From NCBI RefSeq assembly GCF_009914755.1, contig NC_060927.1: 64,000 bases of DNA; one strand, given 5' to 3'. The DNA is from the human T2T-CHM13v2.0 reference genome, Homo sapiens. How positions within the stretch are numbered: position 1 is the stretch's first letter; every line of letters begins with the position of its first letter. Shown piece after piece: positions 1-17,341 of the stretch. The position numbers and the translations under genes are program-made. The notes beneath the pieces are model-generated. The model was not told where the DNA came from. It saw only the letters and a list, made by a program, of their open reading frames with translations, and ran no database searches.

Positions 1-1
1 A

Positions 2-304
<303 letters not shown>

Positions 305-720
305 TAGATCTTTACACATTATATGAATGTGTCAAATTATTACATGTATCCCAAAAATATGTACATTATGTGTTAATAAAAAGATTTTCAAAATTAATAA
401 GAATAATTCAATAAGGAAAATGGACAAGGGAAGAAACACACAATTCCAGGAAAAAATACAAATAATCAATAAATATATGATACATTTAATCACATATAAT
501 AGAAGAAATACAAATAAAAATAAGGCACTTTTAACACAATCTATTAGAATACCAGATATTTAAATTTGACAGAATTGAGTATTGGTGAGGATATAGAGAA
601 ATGGGCACTCTCATCCTACATTGGGAGAAATATAAATCAATACTGGATTCTTGAGATTCAGTTTACAATAAGTACAATTTAAGATGTGCATATCTCTTTA
701 CCCTGCAATTCCACTTCTAG

Positions 721-1137
<417 letters not shown>

Positions 1138-1255
1138 TAGTTCTTTGGGATAAATGCCCAGAAGTGTTACTGCTATTTAATCTTTAAAGAAACTGCCAAA
1201 CTACTTTTCAGAGTGGCTGCATTATTTTCCATTCCCACCAGCAAAGTATGAGTAA

Positions 1256-1672
<417 letters not shown>

Positions 1673-1739
1673 TAATCATCTAAAGTCCATAGTTTGTATT
1701 AGGATTAACTTACTGTTGTACATTCTCTCTCTCTCTCTC

Positions 1740-2034
<295 letters not shown>

Positions 2035-3358
2035 TAGTGTTGTACATTCTGTGGGTTTTGACAATTGTATGCATCTACATGTATGTACCATTATAGTATT
2101 CCTGTTTTTAATTTTAGCCATTCTAGTAGGCATGTAGTGATATCTCATGGTGATTTTAATTTGCGTTTCCGTAATGGTTAATAATGCTGAACATCTTTGC
2201 ATGTGCTTGTTTGTCATTTGTGTTTCCTACTTGGTGAAATAATTGTTCATGTCCTTTGTCCATTTTCTAATTGAATTTTTTTTTACCATTTAGTTTTGAG
2301 ATTTCTTTATACAATCTAGATCCAAATCTCTTGTCTCAAATATGGTTTGCAAATACATTCCTCTAATTCATATATTGCCTTTTCCTCCTCTTAACAGGAT
2401 GTTTCACAGAGCAAAAGTTTTAGTTTTGTTGAAATCTCACTTTTCATTTTTTTCTTTAGTGGATTGTGCTTTTGTTGTCATATGTAAGAACTCTTCACTG
2501 GCCCTAGATCCTTGTATTGGTTTCCTAAGATTGCCATAGCAAATCACCATGAACTTAGTGACAAAAAGACAGAAATTTATTTTCACTTCCTACTGTGGGC
2601 AGACTAGACGTTAATTATTTTCATGTATGCTCATTCCTATGACATCTTTCTGATATAATAATTATAGTTATTCTTAAGCTTCACCCTTTTTTCTATTAGC
2701 TTTGTTACCTTGGGTGTCACTTTTTCTTTTTTGACATTGTGACCTATGCCAGATCATGTCTGTTAGTACTTAGCCCTCCATTCACCTCTCCATAATCCCT
2801 TTTGTATTCCTGGAGCTTGATGCCTGAAATGACACATCCTACATTCCTTTGCCAGATGGGTACCAGTTAGCTTGTGCACATGGGAGACAACCGTGAAAAG
2901 ACTGAAGTGGGAAAGAAGGGAGGAGCTGTTGTGTTTCAGTGAGCGCCCTTGGCAGTGGCGGTGACAGTGGCTCCTGTTCAGTGGCAATGGTGGAGCAGCT
3001 AGCAAGACATGCAGTAAGCGCAGGCTCATAGGCTATGGTCCAGGAGCAGTCACCGATTCCTGGTCTTTAGGCAATATCATCTCCCTTTGCTTCTCCAGCC
3101 TTTCTAAAATTATTGTACCTTGACTAGTACAATTTTTTAGTATTGGGGGTAGTCCAAGGACACAGGCTTTAAAAAGTATGAATTCAGGGTTGCCTACCTG
3201 CATTGACTGCGCTTGAATCATGATGGCCTTCTGGTCGGTGGCAGGAGGTGACAGTCCAAATCATGCAGTAGCAAACCAGATACTTAAATTATCATCTGAG
3301 ATACTTCAGAAGTACAGCCGTAGCCATACCTTCAGAAGAGATAAAGAAATGTTCTCCT

Positions 3359-3758
<400 letters not shown>

Positions 3759-4144
3759 TTATTTTTCAAAATACAGTGCTTATGCTTGGTTACTTCAGTT
3801 AAGATTATTTTTAAAAATCATAATTAAGCAAAAATATATGGCCATGCTTAAACATATTTAAGATAAATTAAGTGATTTGGCCTGTTTCAGTATCCCAACT
3901 CACATGCTAACAGGGGCTTGACCTGTAGCTACAGTACCCTGGAGGAAATGATCGCATTTATTTGGTTATTTCGGTCTAAGTAGTAATAGTTCTGTCCTGG
4001 GAAAAAGACTAGCCTCAAGGCATTTCTGATTGAATGTTTTTCAATTACAGTCTTTAAACCAGTATGCCACAGAACTGGCTCTTTCCACATGACGGCCTTT
4101 GTGGTGGGTGGCAGATTGCCCTGAGGCCTCGCAAAATGCTAGGC

Positions 4145-4227
4145 TTTCACAATGTCACTGACTGACAGCCAGGCCCAGCACAGTCTTGGTGTGATTGTGG
4201 GGCTAAAGTTATTCCACCTTGTGCAAT
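4145..4227. promoter_or_regulatory. Paired C/EBP motifs, candidate distal adipocyte enhancer about 2.6 kb upstream of the TSS
   Basis: TTTCACAAT (4145-4153) and TTGTGCAAT (4219-4227) in unique sequence; position fits a C/EBP-dependent ADIPOQ distal enhancer recalled from the literature. Confidence 0.55.
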
Positions 4228-4229
4228 AG

Positions 4230-4575
<346 letters not shown>

Positions 4576-4943
4576 AAAGAAAATACTTTTTATGCCAGCC
4601 CTGAAACTACCCTGAAGCACATACATCAACCTTGAGGCCTCACACTCCATCAAGAGGGGTGAAGGGCATGAGGAATTAGAAAGCATAGGGATTTTTAGTT
4701 AGACAGATCTGGTTCAAATCCTAGACTTGTGCCTTGAACAAATTATTTACCCTCATTGAACTCTAGATTCATTATTTGTAAAATGAAAGACAATAATAGT
4801 TATCTCCAAAGGAAAGTTGAATATGATCATTCATTTATTCATTAATTCAACATTTATTATTGCCTACTTTGTGCCAGGTTCTATTCTAGGAACTAAGGGA
4901 TACAACTTTGAATAGGCAAAATCTCTGCTCTCCTGAAGTTTAC

Positions 4944-5240
4944 TTTTTTTTTTTTTTTTTGAGACAGAGTTTCACTCTTGTCACCCAGGCTGGAGCGCAA
5001 TGGTGCTCTTGGCTCACTGCAACCTCCACCTCCTGGGTTCAAGTGATTCTCTTGTCTCAGCCTCCCAAGTAGCTGGGACTACAGGTATGTGCCACCACGC
5101 CCGGCTATTTCTGCATTTTTAGTAGAGATGGGGTTTCACCATGTTGGCCAGACTGGTCTCAAACTCCTGATCTCAGGTGATATGCCTGTCTTGGCCTTCC
5201 AAAGTACTGGGATTACAGGCCTGAGCCACTGCACCTGACC
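4944..5240 (-). mobile_element. Alu
   Basis: Alu dimer; flanking CCTGAAGTTTA repeat. Confidence 0.9.
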
Positions 5241-5943
5241 TGAAGTTTATGTTCTATTAAATAGCAACAGACAGTAACATAAACCAAAAATAAATAGGAA
5301 AACACCATAACAAAAATCAAACAGTGATATAATTGAGAGTTGCTTCTATTTCTTTTTGTTGTCTTCTTGGTTCAATCAGCCTGCTAAACTATATGGAACC
5401 TCATTTTCATGGGCCACTTATTTAAGCCGGGGGACCTTGGAAAGTCTCTCATGTCTCTCATCTCAACGGCCTAATGTGACTTCTCTTGAAATATTTGGAC
5501 ATTAGCAGGAAGCTGAGGCTTTACATCAGATCTTTACTTTAATGGTGGACTTGACTTTACTGGTAGATTTTTAGGCTCTGTGTGGACTGTGGAGATGATA
5601 TCTGGGGGGCAGGCAGACACTTGCCCTGCCTCTGTCTGAGAAAATTCTGTTTTGGATGTCTTGTTGAAGTTGGTGCTGGCATCCTAAGCCCTTGCTGGGG
5701 TCGTAATTTAATTCATCAGAATGTGTGGCTTGCAAGAACCGGCTCAGATCCTGCCCTTCAAAAACAAAACATGAGCGTGCCAAGAAAGTCCAAGGTGTTG
5801 AATGTTGCCACTTCAAGCCTAAACTTTCTAGGAACACCTAAGTGGGTGGCAGCTTCCAGTTCTCCAGGCTGCTTCTAGGCCAGAGCTGGGTTCCACAAGA
5901 GACAGAATAGGCATATATATGCTTAAGGAACTGGAAAAACAGG

Positions 5944-5976
5944 CTCTCTCTCTCTCACAAACACACACACACACAT
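5944..5976. repeat. (CT)n/(CA)n microsatellite upstream of the promoter
   Basis: ctctctctctctcacaaacacacacacacaca. Confidence 0.85.
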
Positions 5977-6347
5977 ACCAAGGTAGCTGTCAAAATGTTA
6001 TCCGAAATTTTGGAACCAAAAAATCTTGAAAGATGGTATTCCAATATCACATTTTATGTAAGTTTTCTATTATATTAGATTCAAATTACGATTCGAGGCC
6101 ACAAGCTTTAAGAATTCAGGGCCTTTTTAACTTGCCAAGCCCCACACCACTCCAGGAACTTCCCCACACCCCAGTTCTCAGAATTCATGTGCAAGGTCTT
6201 TCCTAAATCCAGGGTCCAGGTCAGAGAGTGGAGGATGTGCTCTATTTCTTACCTGATTGCAGACCCCTCTGACAGTGCTCCCTTCTGAAGCACTCACTGT
6301 CTGAACGTACACAGTCTCAGACTTAATCATGCACAGTGAGCAAGACT

Positions 6348-6357
6348 GTGGTGTGAT
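6348..6357 (-). promoter_or_regulatory. SREBP element (SRE)
   Basis: GTGGTGTGAT, reverse complement ATCACACCAC, one mismatch to ATCACCCCAC; about -430 from TSS. Confidence 0.6.
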
Positions 6358-6493
6358 AATTGGCGTCCCTGACTTATTAGGGCAAATCTATGGGAGGGGG
6401 AGACCTCCTGGACCACTGAGCAATTAATTCATTTACATTAGGAAGTTTCTCCGTCAGATGCAGGAAAAAAATCTTGTTTTCCTGCTGTGGTTT

Positions 6494-6506
6494 TGACTTT
6501 TGCCCC
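6494..6506 (-). promoter_or_regulatory. PPARgamma/RXR response element (DR1) of ADIPOQ
   Basis: TGACTT-T-TGCCCC (reverse GGGGCA-A-AAGTCA), about -285/-273; matches the known adiponectin PPRE. Confidence 0.85.
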
Positions 6507-6541
6507 ATCTTCTGTTGCTGTTGTAGGAGGCAAAATAAGGG

Positions 6542-6550
6542 TCAAGGCCT
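6542..6550 (+). promoter_or_regulatory. LRH-1 (NR5A2) response element
   Basis: TCAAGGCCT, near YCAAGGYCR, 48 bp downstream of the PPRE start. Confidence 0.7.
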
Positions 6551-6691
6551 GGAAACACAAGTGCTTTGACTGAAGCTCCACTTGGCTTCCGAAGCCCAAG
6601 CTGGGTTGTACCAGGTTCCCTAGGGTGCAGGCTGTGGGCAACTGCCAGGGACATGTGCCTGCCCACCGGCCTCTGGCCCTCACTGAGTTGG

Positions 6692-6696
6692 CCAAT
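6692..6696 (+). promoter_or_regulatory. CCAAT box (no canonical TATA box seen)
   Basis: GGCCAATGGG about 85 bp upstream of the TSS. Confidence 0.6.
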
Positions 6697-6779
6697 GGGA
6701 AATGACAATTGTGAGGTGGGGACTGCCTGCCCCCGTGAGTACCAGGCTGTTGAGGCTGGGCCATCTCCTCCTCACTTCC

Positions 6780-6819
6780 ATTCTGACTGCAGTCTGTGGT
6801 TCTGATTCCATACCAGAGG
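6780..6819 (+). other. ADIPOQ: ADIPOQ non-coding exon 1
   Basis: ATTCTGACTGCAG...CCAGAGG followed by donor GTAAGA at 6820; matches recalled mRNA 5' end; TSS approximate. Confidence 0.85.
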
Positions 6820-7443
6820 GTAAGAGCAATTCTGTGAAGTTCCAGGCTGGGTGGGGGATGCATGCATAGCCTCTGGCTGGGATCACCCAGGCTCTCCCGT
6901 CCGTAGTAGTGTGGGAGTGGATACAGGTGGATACTCTGGTCAGAGCAGCACTGGTGGAGGCAGATATGCACTGGGCTTCTTCCTCCGTTCTCCCACAGCC
7001 CCAAGAGAGAAAGGGTTATTTCAGACATTCCTTCTAAGATGCATGGAACCATTCTGAATTTTGCCCAGTTCGCTCTGTAGCAGGATACCTATTGAGAAAA
7101 AGTTAGGGTCAGTAAGGTGGAAGGGTCTGTCCACAGATGAAGTCCAATTCGATTAAGGGGGATAAGGGAATACATTGCCTCTTAGCTTGACCAGGTAGGG
7201 CAAAGGAAGAAGCATATATGAAGGCAGCTTCAGAAAAGTCAAGCTGAGCACTGACTTCAGACTGGAATTAGGAATCCAGCTCTGCCACTTTATTCTACTC
7301 AGCAAATATTTACTGAGCAAATTCTATGGGCTAGACAGTGGATTGGGTTCACAAGATACAATGAGTGTGACATGGTTGTTGTCTATGGATTTGGGGATAT
7401 ATGTAGGTATAGGGATATCTTACAAGGTAATCAAGAGGTTCTA

Positions 7444-7760
<317 letters not shown>

Positions 7761-8190
7761 GAGGCTCTAATGAGATAAAATGAGAAAAGCCTGGCATATA
7801 GTGGCAACTTATGAAAAATTGTAATTAAAAAAAAACATTTTCTGACAGAAGAAACTGGATCTACCTGGTTTTTCTGAAGCCTAATCCTGCTCGCCCCAGT
7901 GAGTGCTGTTTCTGAGGCATCCTGGTTGTTTTGAGCTGTGGATGCTGAAGGTTAGAGTGGGAGGGATTTTAGAGGTTAGGTCTGCCCCTCTTGTGTTAGA
8001 GGACATGGATCCCTGGTCTGGAGAGGTTCTGGTTTTTGGATCAAGCCTCACAAGGGGTGGCACCAACTCACTCCTAGGAACTCCGCTAGAAGGAAGGCCA
8101 GCTCTGCCTAATTCGGTTGGGGAGATGGGGGTCCCTTTATGCTAGCAGAATATGTCCGAAGGAGCATGATGGTGTCAGCTTTGTTCATGA

Positions 8191-8887
<697 letters not shown>

Positions 8888-9112
8888 ATGCTTGCTCTTT
8901 TTAAGGTGGCTGTAGGGACAAACTTTCCACCTACTCCTTGTCAAGCCAGTGGACCGGTGGTCCCAGACATACGGCTAAAGTCAAGAGGTGATGTCTTTTG
9001 GAGAGATACTTTCAATCAGGAATTTCAATCAGAAATTCAATCATGTGGAGAGAGACTTATCCTAAAAATGTGGTGGTGCGTGGGATGCTCTGTTTTATTA
9101 GTTCCTTGACAG

Positions 9113-9278
9113 TATGTATGTGTGTGAGTGTGTGTGTGTGCGCGCGCACACTCATTTGGATGGGTGTGTATGTGTGTGGGGGGGTGGTGCGTACGTATGT
9201 GGATGTGTGGATGTGGTGTGTGGGTGTGCGCGTGCATAGGTGGAGGTGTGTGTATGGGTGCGGGTATGTGTGTGTGTT
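9113..9278. repeat. Degenerate (TG)n tract with a (CG)n core
   Basis: gtgtgtgtgtgtgcgcgcgcacac followed by ~130 bp of GT-rich sequence. Confidence 0.9.
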
Positions 9279-9426
9279 GGGCATGGAGATATTGACAGCT
9301 CTCCCAGGGCTGAGTGAAGGCTTTCGGGCAAAGCTCCTGGGAGCTAGGCAAAGCTGAGTTGATTCCTGGTTATGCCATTTATTATTGGGTTGCACCGTGT
9401 GAAACTGCCAATATTCTACACTTTGA

Positions 9427-9770
<344 letters not shown>

Positions 9771-10318
9771 TAATTCAATCCAGTGGTTGAATTAGCTAGC
9801 ATCGTTCCCTCTCCAAGTCTCAGGTTCTCCTACACGTTAGAGTCAAAAGCAGGGCTATGGGAAGATTAAGTAAAATAAATTTTGAAAATGCCTTATGAAA
9901 ATTACACTCCAAAGAACTCGCGCCAGTGTCAGTGTTCTCATGTTCCTCATCTCACATGATCACATTTCGCGGATTAGGAAGCTGAGTCTGAGAAGCTCCG
10001 TGTAGTGCTTTTTCGGAGGCACCGTGATGTGATGGAAGGCTCACTCGTTAGGAAGTCAGAACAGAGTCTCTGAGGGATCATTTCCTTAATCTGTCAGTTT
10101 CCTCATCTCTGAAGTTGGGCTCATTTCCTTCCTTCATGGAGTTATTGTAAAGATGAAGATAAATAACGTGTAAAATCTAGCATGGGAACTGGCTTCTATA
10201 AGGTTCTAATAAGTGCATTCCTACTCCTTCCCCTCAGCCTTCCCATTTGTAAAAGCAAGGCAGGGGTGAGGTGATTTCTGGGGCTCCTTTTGGCTCTGAC
10301 ATTTGAGGATTTTGTATA

Positions 10319-10602
10319 CTTTTTTTTTTTTTGAGACAGAGTCTTGCTCTGTCACCCAGGTTGGAGTGCAGCTCAATGCAAATTCCGCCTCCCAGGCTCA
10401 AGCAATTCTTATGTCTCAGCCTCCTGAGTACCTGGGATTACAGGCAGGCACCACCACCCCCAGCTAATTTTTTTGTATTTTCAGTAGAGACGGGGTTTTG
10501 CCATATTGGCCAGGCTGGTCTTGAACTCCTGACTTCATGTGACCCACCCATCTCAGCCTCCCAAAGTGCTGAGATGACAGGTGTGAGCTACCGTGCCTGG
10601 CC
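10319..10602 (-). mobile_element. Alu
   Basis: Poly-T plus Alu dimer with a small deletion. Confidence 0.88.
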
Positions 10603-11906
10603 AATTTTGTGTGCTTTAATGCCCTTTTCTGCTGGAAGAGTTGGCACCAGGTTTGGTGATCTCTTTCCCCCACACGGCTCTGCCTCCTGCCAGTCCCAGA
10701 GGGGACCCTGTCCTTGCATTTCACAGGATTCTGCTGTTGCAACTGAAATTCCAGTAGGTCAAAGTGAAATTTCTCATACACTTTAACATGAAGATAAATG
10801 ATCACAGTATGGCCCTTTAGGATCCTGAGAACATCACGGTCATCCCCTGGTATAATTTTAAAAGCAGATGAATCCATGCCTGTGCGAGGTTTGCCAGGAA
10901 AGCCAGTGCTGGGATTACAGTGGAAGTCTTTTTATGCTACTTTTTTCTTGTATCCCTCACCCCATGGGGTGGCATATTGAAAGGCAGGATGTGTGACCAC
11001 GATACTTTTCTCCTCCTGGACTATGTCTAAGAGTCTGTTATTGGGTTCTGAAGATCAGAGTTTAATTTCCGACTCCTCTCTGTGTAGCTCTGGGATCTTG
11101 GAAAGCCACTTAACCTTTCTGAAGTCCCCTTTCCTCATCTCTAAAATGCATACACTCATCACTAACATTTACTGAGCACTGACATGTGCCAGACACCATT
11201 CTAAGCATTTTACACAGACTACACCATTTGATCTTCCAACAAACAGAACACTGAAACGCATTACAGGTCAGAACAAATGATTTGTGCCTAAGCACCAAGA
11301 CCGTAGAGCCCGTGCTCCCTATTCTACCCTATCCTGTCTCTCAAAATGATTGTGAGAATCGAATGAGACACTAGGTGAGAAAAGGGTTTTATAAATAGCA
11401 TTTTAAAAATTTTTTAAAGTCCACAAAATTTTTAATTTTAATACAGATAAAATAGATCCCTTTGTTTTATAAAAAGTAACAAAATTTGTTATACAACAAC
11501 TATGTTATTTATTAATTTTGCCTTTTTGTATGCTGCCAGGAAAGAAACATTAAGAAATCTTAAATTGATTATGGTGAATCAGAAGGTCTGCCTGGACTTT
11601 TTATTGCTCTAACTGTACAGCTGATCATACTACCTCATTTTTTTTTATGACACTTCAAGGGTGCGCTTAGCTTCATCACTCCTTCGTTGCCAAAAGCTTT
11701 GTGACCAAAAACAATTAAGCAGATTCCTGAGTCACTAAATGACACATAACCAGAGTTGAGACTTAGGAACTTTTAGTGCCATGCTAAGCCCACAGGGACA
11801 CAACAAATAGCATTTTACAAAGGCAAAGAATTGTGACACTTGAGATTTAGCTTGTTGATCCTTGTAAAAGTTTTCTTTTTAGGCATAATTGAGTTTTAGA
11901 TCATAG

Positions 11907-12501
<595 letters not shown>

Positions 12502-13873
12502 TTAAGGAAACGATCCCTGAGAGACTCTGTTCTGACTTCCAAATCGGTGAGCTTTCCATCGCATCACGGTGCCTCCGAAAGCATGACACGGAGCTTCTCA
12601 GACTCAGCTTCCTAATCCGCTAAACGGGATTATGTGAGATGAGGAACATGAGAACGCTGACATGGGTGAGGGTTCCTTGGAGTATCATTTTCATGTGGCA
12701 TTTTCAAAACTTATTTTACCTAATCTTCCCAAAGCCCTGCTTTTGACTCTAATGTGTCTCCTGAGACTTGGAGAGCGCAAGATGCTAGCGACAGAGCAAG
12801 ACTCCATCTCCAGATAAATAAATAAGTAAAATAAAAAAGAACACAAATAATTTTGAAAATTTTTTTGAAAATTAGGCACGTTTGCACTGACCTTCAATTG
12901 TTATTAATTGCTGGTTTCCCACCCAGAATTAAGTTGGAATGCAACTTTCTTTTACAATCAGAGTCCGTTCTTGGTCTTGGAAACTTCTGAGGCTCCTGTG
13001 CTAATCCCACTCTTGTATTTTTGGCACCTCTACCCCGTGCCACTGTCATGGAACCCAGGCTGATCGCACCTATTAGTGGAGAAATATGTCCATAATACTG
13101 AAGTTTGGGGACAAACAGTGTTCCCTTAGGGTAGGAGAAAGAGATCTTTATTTTTAACAAAGGGGGAGGAGCCAGAAAACTCCAGAGACCCCTGAGTTTG
13201 CCCTCTCTCCAAGGTTTGGGGTAAGCCCCCCGTCACCCTTTATCTCTGGGGCTTTCACATATTCTGGATTCTCTCCTCCTGTTTCCCAGCAGAAAAGGAT
13301 GGAGCCTCACAGATTCTTCCCATTTCTGGAGAAAAACATGCATGGAGCTCAAAGTTCTTCTCAGGAGTTTTATTGCCAAAGCCATAATAAGAAAGGGTGG
13401 AGGTGACAAGCAGTGAGGAAGTTTAAAGATGCATGAAATCTGTAAAGTCTCAGAACAAGAATTCTCCTAAAATGCAAAAGGGGCTTTGCTGGTCTCCCCT
13501 TGGCTTCTCATGTAGCTCACCTCTTTTTTCTTATCTTGAGACTAGTCAAACCTAAGCTGTTTCTCATTTTATTTCCAGAAGCTATTGAGAACACTCTCCT
13601 GAATTCTTCAAATTCAGTAGAGGGCGACAAATGTACATATAAATGATGGTAGTGGGTCTTAAATAAAGACTCATGACACCTAAAGGGGCAGCACCTGAGT
13701 CTGATTGCACCTGTTTCTGTTGCTGTTTCTGTCTCTCTTCTCTCTGTCTGCCATTTCATTATCAATGGTTACTTTACTTATAAGATCATATTAGAACCTG
13801 ATATTTGATAAATGATGCATCAGATCTATAGTGAGAGAAAAAATTAATGCAATTAAAGGTGTTGTAACAGCTA

Positions 13874-14360
<487 letters not shown>

Positions 14361-15903
14361 GCAAACTAGAGCAGTGAGGTACCATTATTTCCTTTGCTCA
14401 CTAAACTGACAACACACAAATGTTTTTTATAATACCCAAAGCTGATGAGGGTAGTTAAGTTATGCCCTTTTATACACACACTAATGATGTACTACTGGTT
14501 GGCAGTATAACATATGCTGCCATGTGGGGATATGTATCAGGAGACTTAAAAATGTGCATACCTTTTGGTCCAGTAATTTACTTCTGGGAATCTGTCATAA
14601 CAGAATAATAATCTTGGGGAAAGCTACATGCCTAAGGATATTTAAAATATTATTTAAAAATCAAAGTATAATTTCTTACAGAATATAAAATAATATTTTA
14701 AAATGAAAATATGCTAAAAGTTTGATGAAATATAAATGGTCAAATATATATTGATTATATCCACTTACTAGACTAGCACTCACTCTGAGACGTTAAAAAT
14801 AGTCATTATAAAAACTAGAAAATGCCAAAGACAAAATAAAGGAATAAAGTTTTACATAAAGTATGATTCCACTATGTTTAAAAATAAACAGAGACATTCT
14901 TGGAGTTGAGTATTGTTTTCTTTTCTGTCATGTCCAAAGAACTATATAACTATTATTTTTAATGAACTATATATGTAATATATACATATAGTTTATATGT
15001 ATATACAAAATTTATCTCATATATATGATAAAGATGAAAGATGAGTTGGATGTGCCACGTGAAGAGGGTAGTATAGAACCCCAGGTAATGGGGCATAGGA
15101 GTGGGATTCCAGATACCAGGCCCATGTTTTTGGGGTGAGATTGCCAATCACGGTCTTTCTTCCATCCCTCACAGAGGAGTAGGTTTGTCTTCAACAAACC
15201 TTCAGTTGTCCTGAAGACAAACCTAATTCTGGAGACTTCATATAATCTAGAAGAGACAAGCAAACTGATGAAAAATAGTGAATTTTTAAGGTAAAATAAA
15301 GTACATGGACTACACTTTGTTTAGAATCAGATTCTTGGGATTAACCACATTAACCCACAGAGGGTCTTAGTGATGCCTCTAATCCAGGATCCTAGGACCT
15401 ATTTCTCTCTGTGAGATGCTTTCTCCCAACTCCTTGGTGAGAGTGGGAAGACTAAGACCTCAGCAATCTGAGGTGGAGGCCTAAGATCCCCCTAAGATCG
15501 GAGGCAGAATCTGAGAGGGGATAAAAGTCCCTATACCTGTATTGGGCCCTTTTCTGGGAGGGGGATATCAAAGAATGATTTTGAGACAGGGAGGCTTTTG
15601 ACTACCTGTGCCACTTGAGCTCTTTGCTAGGGCTCCAGAATACATATTTCAAATACATTCCCCCTCCCTCCTTCCTTCCCTCTTCCACTCTTCCTTTTTA
15701 TCTTCCTTTCTTCTTTTCCTTCCTCCTTCCCTTCCTTTCTCTGGCTCTCTCATGATTTCTTTTCCTCATTATAAAAGTGCTTATTTAGTCCCTACTCTGC
15801 TATTAGTGTGTTAGTCTTTGTCCCCTGGTACTTGCTGTTTAATGGAGAAATGGGTGAGCAAAACAGAAATTACAGCAGAGTGCAATAATAGAGCTAAGCC
15901 AGG

Positions 15904-16292
15904 TGTATAAATCCATTCTCACACTGCTGTAAAAAACTACTTGAGACTGGGTAATTTATAAAGAAAAGAGGTTTAATTGACTCACAGTTCCACAGGCTGT
16001 ACAGGAAGCATGGCTGGGGAGGCCTCAGAAAACTTACAATCATGGTGGAAGAAAGAGCGAAGGGGAAGCAAGCACATCACACAGCAGCAGGAGAGAGAGA
16101 GAGAAAGAGAGAGAGAGAGAATATAGGGGAAGTGCTACACACTTTCAACCAGATCTTGTGAGAATTCACCTACTATCATGAGAACAGCAAGGGATAAGTC
16201 TGCCTCCATGATTCAGTCACCTCCTACCAGGCCCCTTCTCCAACACATGTCGACGTGCTATTTGGGTGGGGACACAGACCCAAACCATATTA
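15904..16292 (-). mobile_element. MaLR solo LTR (MSTA-like), intron 1
   Basis: GAGACTGGGTAATTTATAAAGAAAAGAGGTTTAATTGACTCACAG motif; ends CAAACCATATTA; 5-bp TSD CCAGG at 15899-15903 and 16293-16297. Confidence 0.85.
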
Positions 16293-17127
16293 CCAGGGCA
16301 CTGGAGAAACACAGAGGGGAAAGAACCAGCCAAGGAGTGAGATGGAGAACAAGGAGGACTTCTTGAAACAGATGACATCCAAACTGGGTCCTGAAAGCTG
16401 AATAGAGATTAGACAGGGGAGGAGGGGCAGCTAAAGATGGCTCAGGCAAACAAAGGGCCAGGGGATATGTTCATGGGATGATGTGTCTCTCGTTGTCTGC
16501 TTAACACAAGGTGAGTCTCTCCCTCCCTCTCTCTCTCTTTTTCTCTGTGTGTGTTTGTGTGTGTGCATGTGTGCAAATGTAATATACCCAATAGTCAAAC
16601 ATGTGCCCCAGGAGAGGGGTAGAGGAAGAAAGAGAATGAGAGAGTAAGAAGGAGGAATAGACACAGAAAATGAGAGAAAAGGGGGGAAAGAAAAAGAAGA
16701 AAGGAGCCAGAGGAGAGAAGCTGGTTAGCATTGAATGGAGCAATCTGTGTCATCGTACTTGGGAAACCCAAGGATGGATTCTTGGCAAGTCGACTCTTGG
16801 AGCTTTCCCTGTGCTTGGTCCTGTGCTCAGACATGGGAAAATTAGAGGAGTGTCATCTGTGCAATCACTGAATTCATAATCTTGGTGAGGAAAGGAGACT
16901 ACACACAGGGAATAATGCTAAGTATTACAGATTTCAGGGCAGAAAGAGATCAAGGTGGGCTGCAATATTCAGAAAAGTCTTCCTGGAAAAGTTGAATACT
17001 TAGAAAGCAGCTCCTAGAAGTAGACTCTGCTGAGATGGACGGAGTCCTTTGTAGGTCCCAACTGGGTGTGTGTGTGGGGTCTGTCTCTCCATGGCTGACA
17101 GTGCACATGTGGATTCCAGGGCTCAGG

Positions 17128-17341
17128 ATGCTGTTGCTGGGAGCTGTTCTACTGCTATTAGCTCTGCCCGGGCATGACCAGGAAACCACGACTCAAGGGC
17201 CCGGAGTCCTGCTTCCCCTGCCCAAGGGGGCCTGCACAGGTTGGATGGCGGGCATCCCAGGGCATCCGGGCCATAATGGGGCCCCAGGCCGTGATGGCAG
17301 AGATGGCACCCCTGGTGAGAAGGGTGAGAAAGGAGATCCAG
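17128..17341 (+). CDS. ADIPOQ: Adiponectin coding exon 2 (signal peptide, variable region with Cys36, start of collagen domain); exon starts at 17120
   Basis: [71 protein letters not shown]; acceptor CAG ending 17119; donor GTAAGA at 17342; 214 coding nt, phase 1. Confidence 0.98.

Noticed and set aside
6438-7052. 204-aa minus-strand ORF over the promoter and exon 1
   Set aside because: No recognisable domain and no supporting gene structure; likely a chance ORF
9361-9415. Possible intronic C/EBP enhancer core
   Set aside because: Only degenerate half-sites; I cannot place the reported intron-1 enhancer from sequence alone
17035-17127. N-terminal extension of the 17035-17391 ORF
   Set aside because: Mostly intronic sequence upstream of the 17120 acceptor; the true start is ATG 17128, and the tail after 17341 is intron 2
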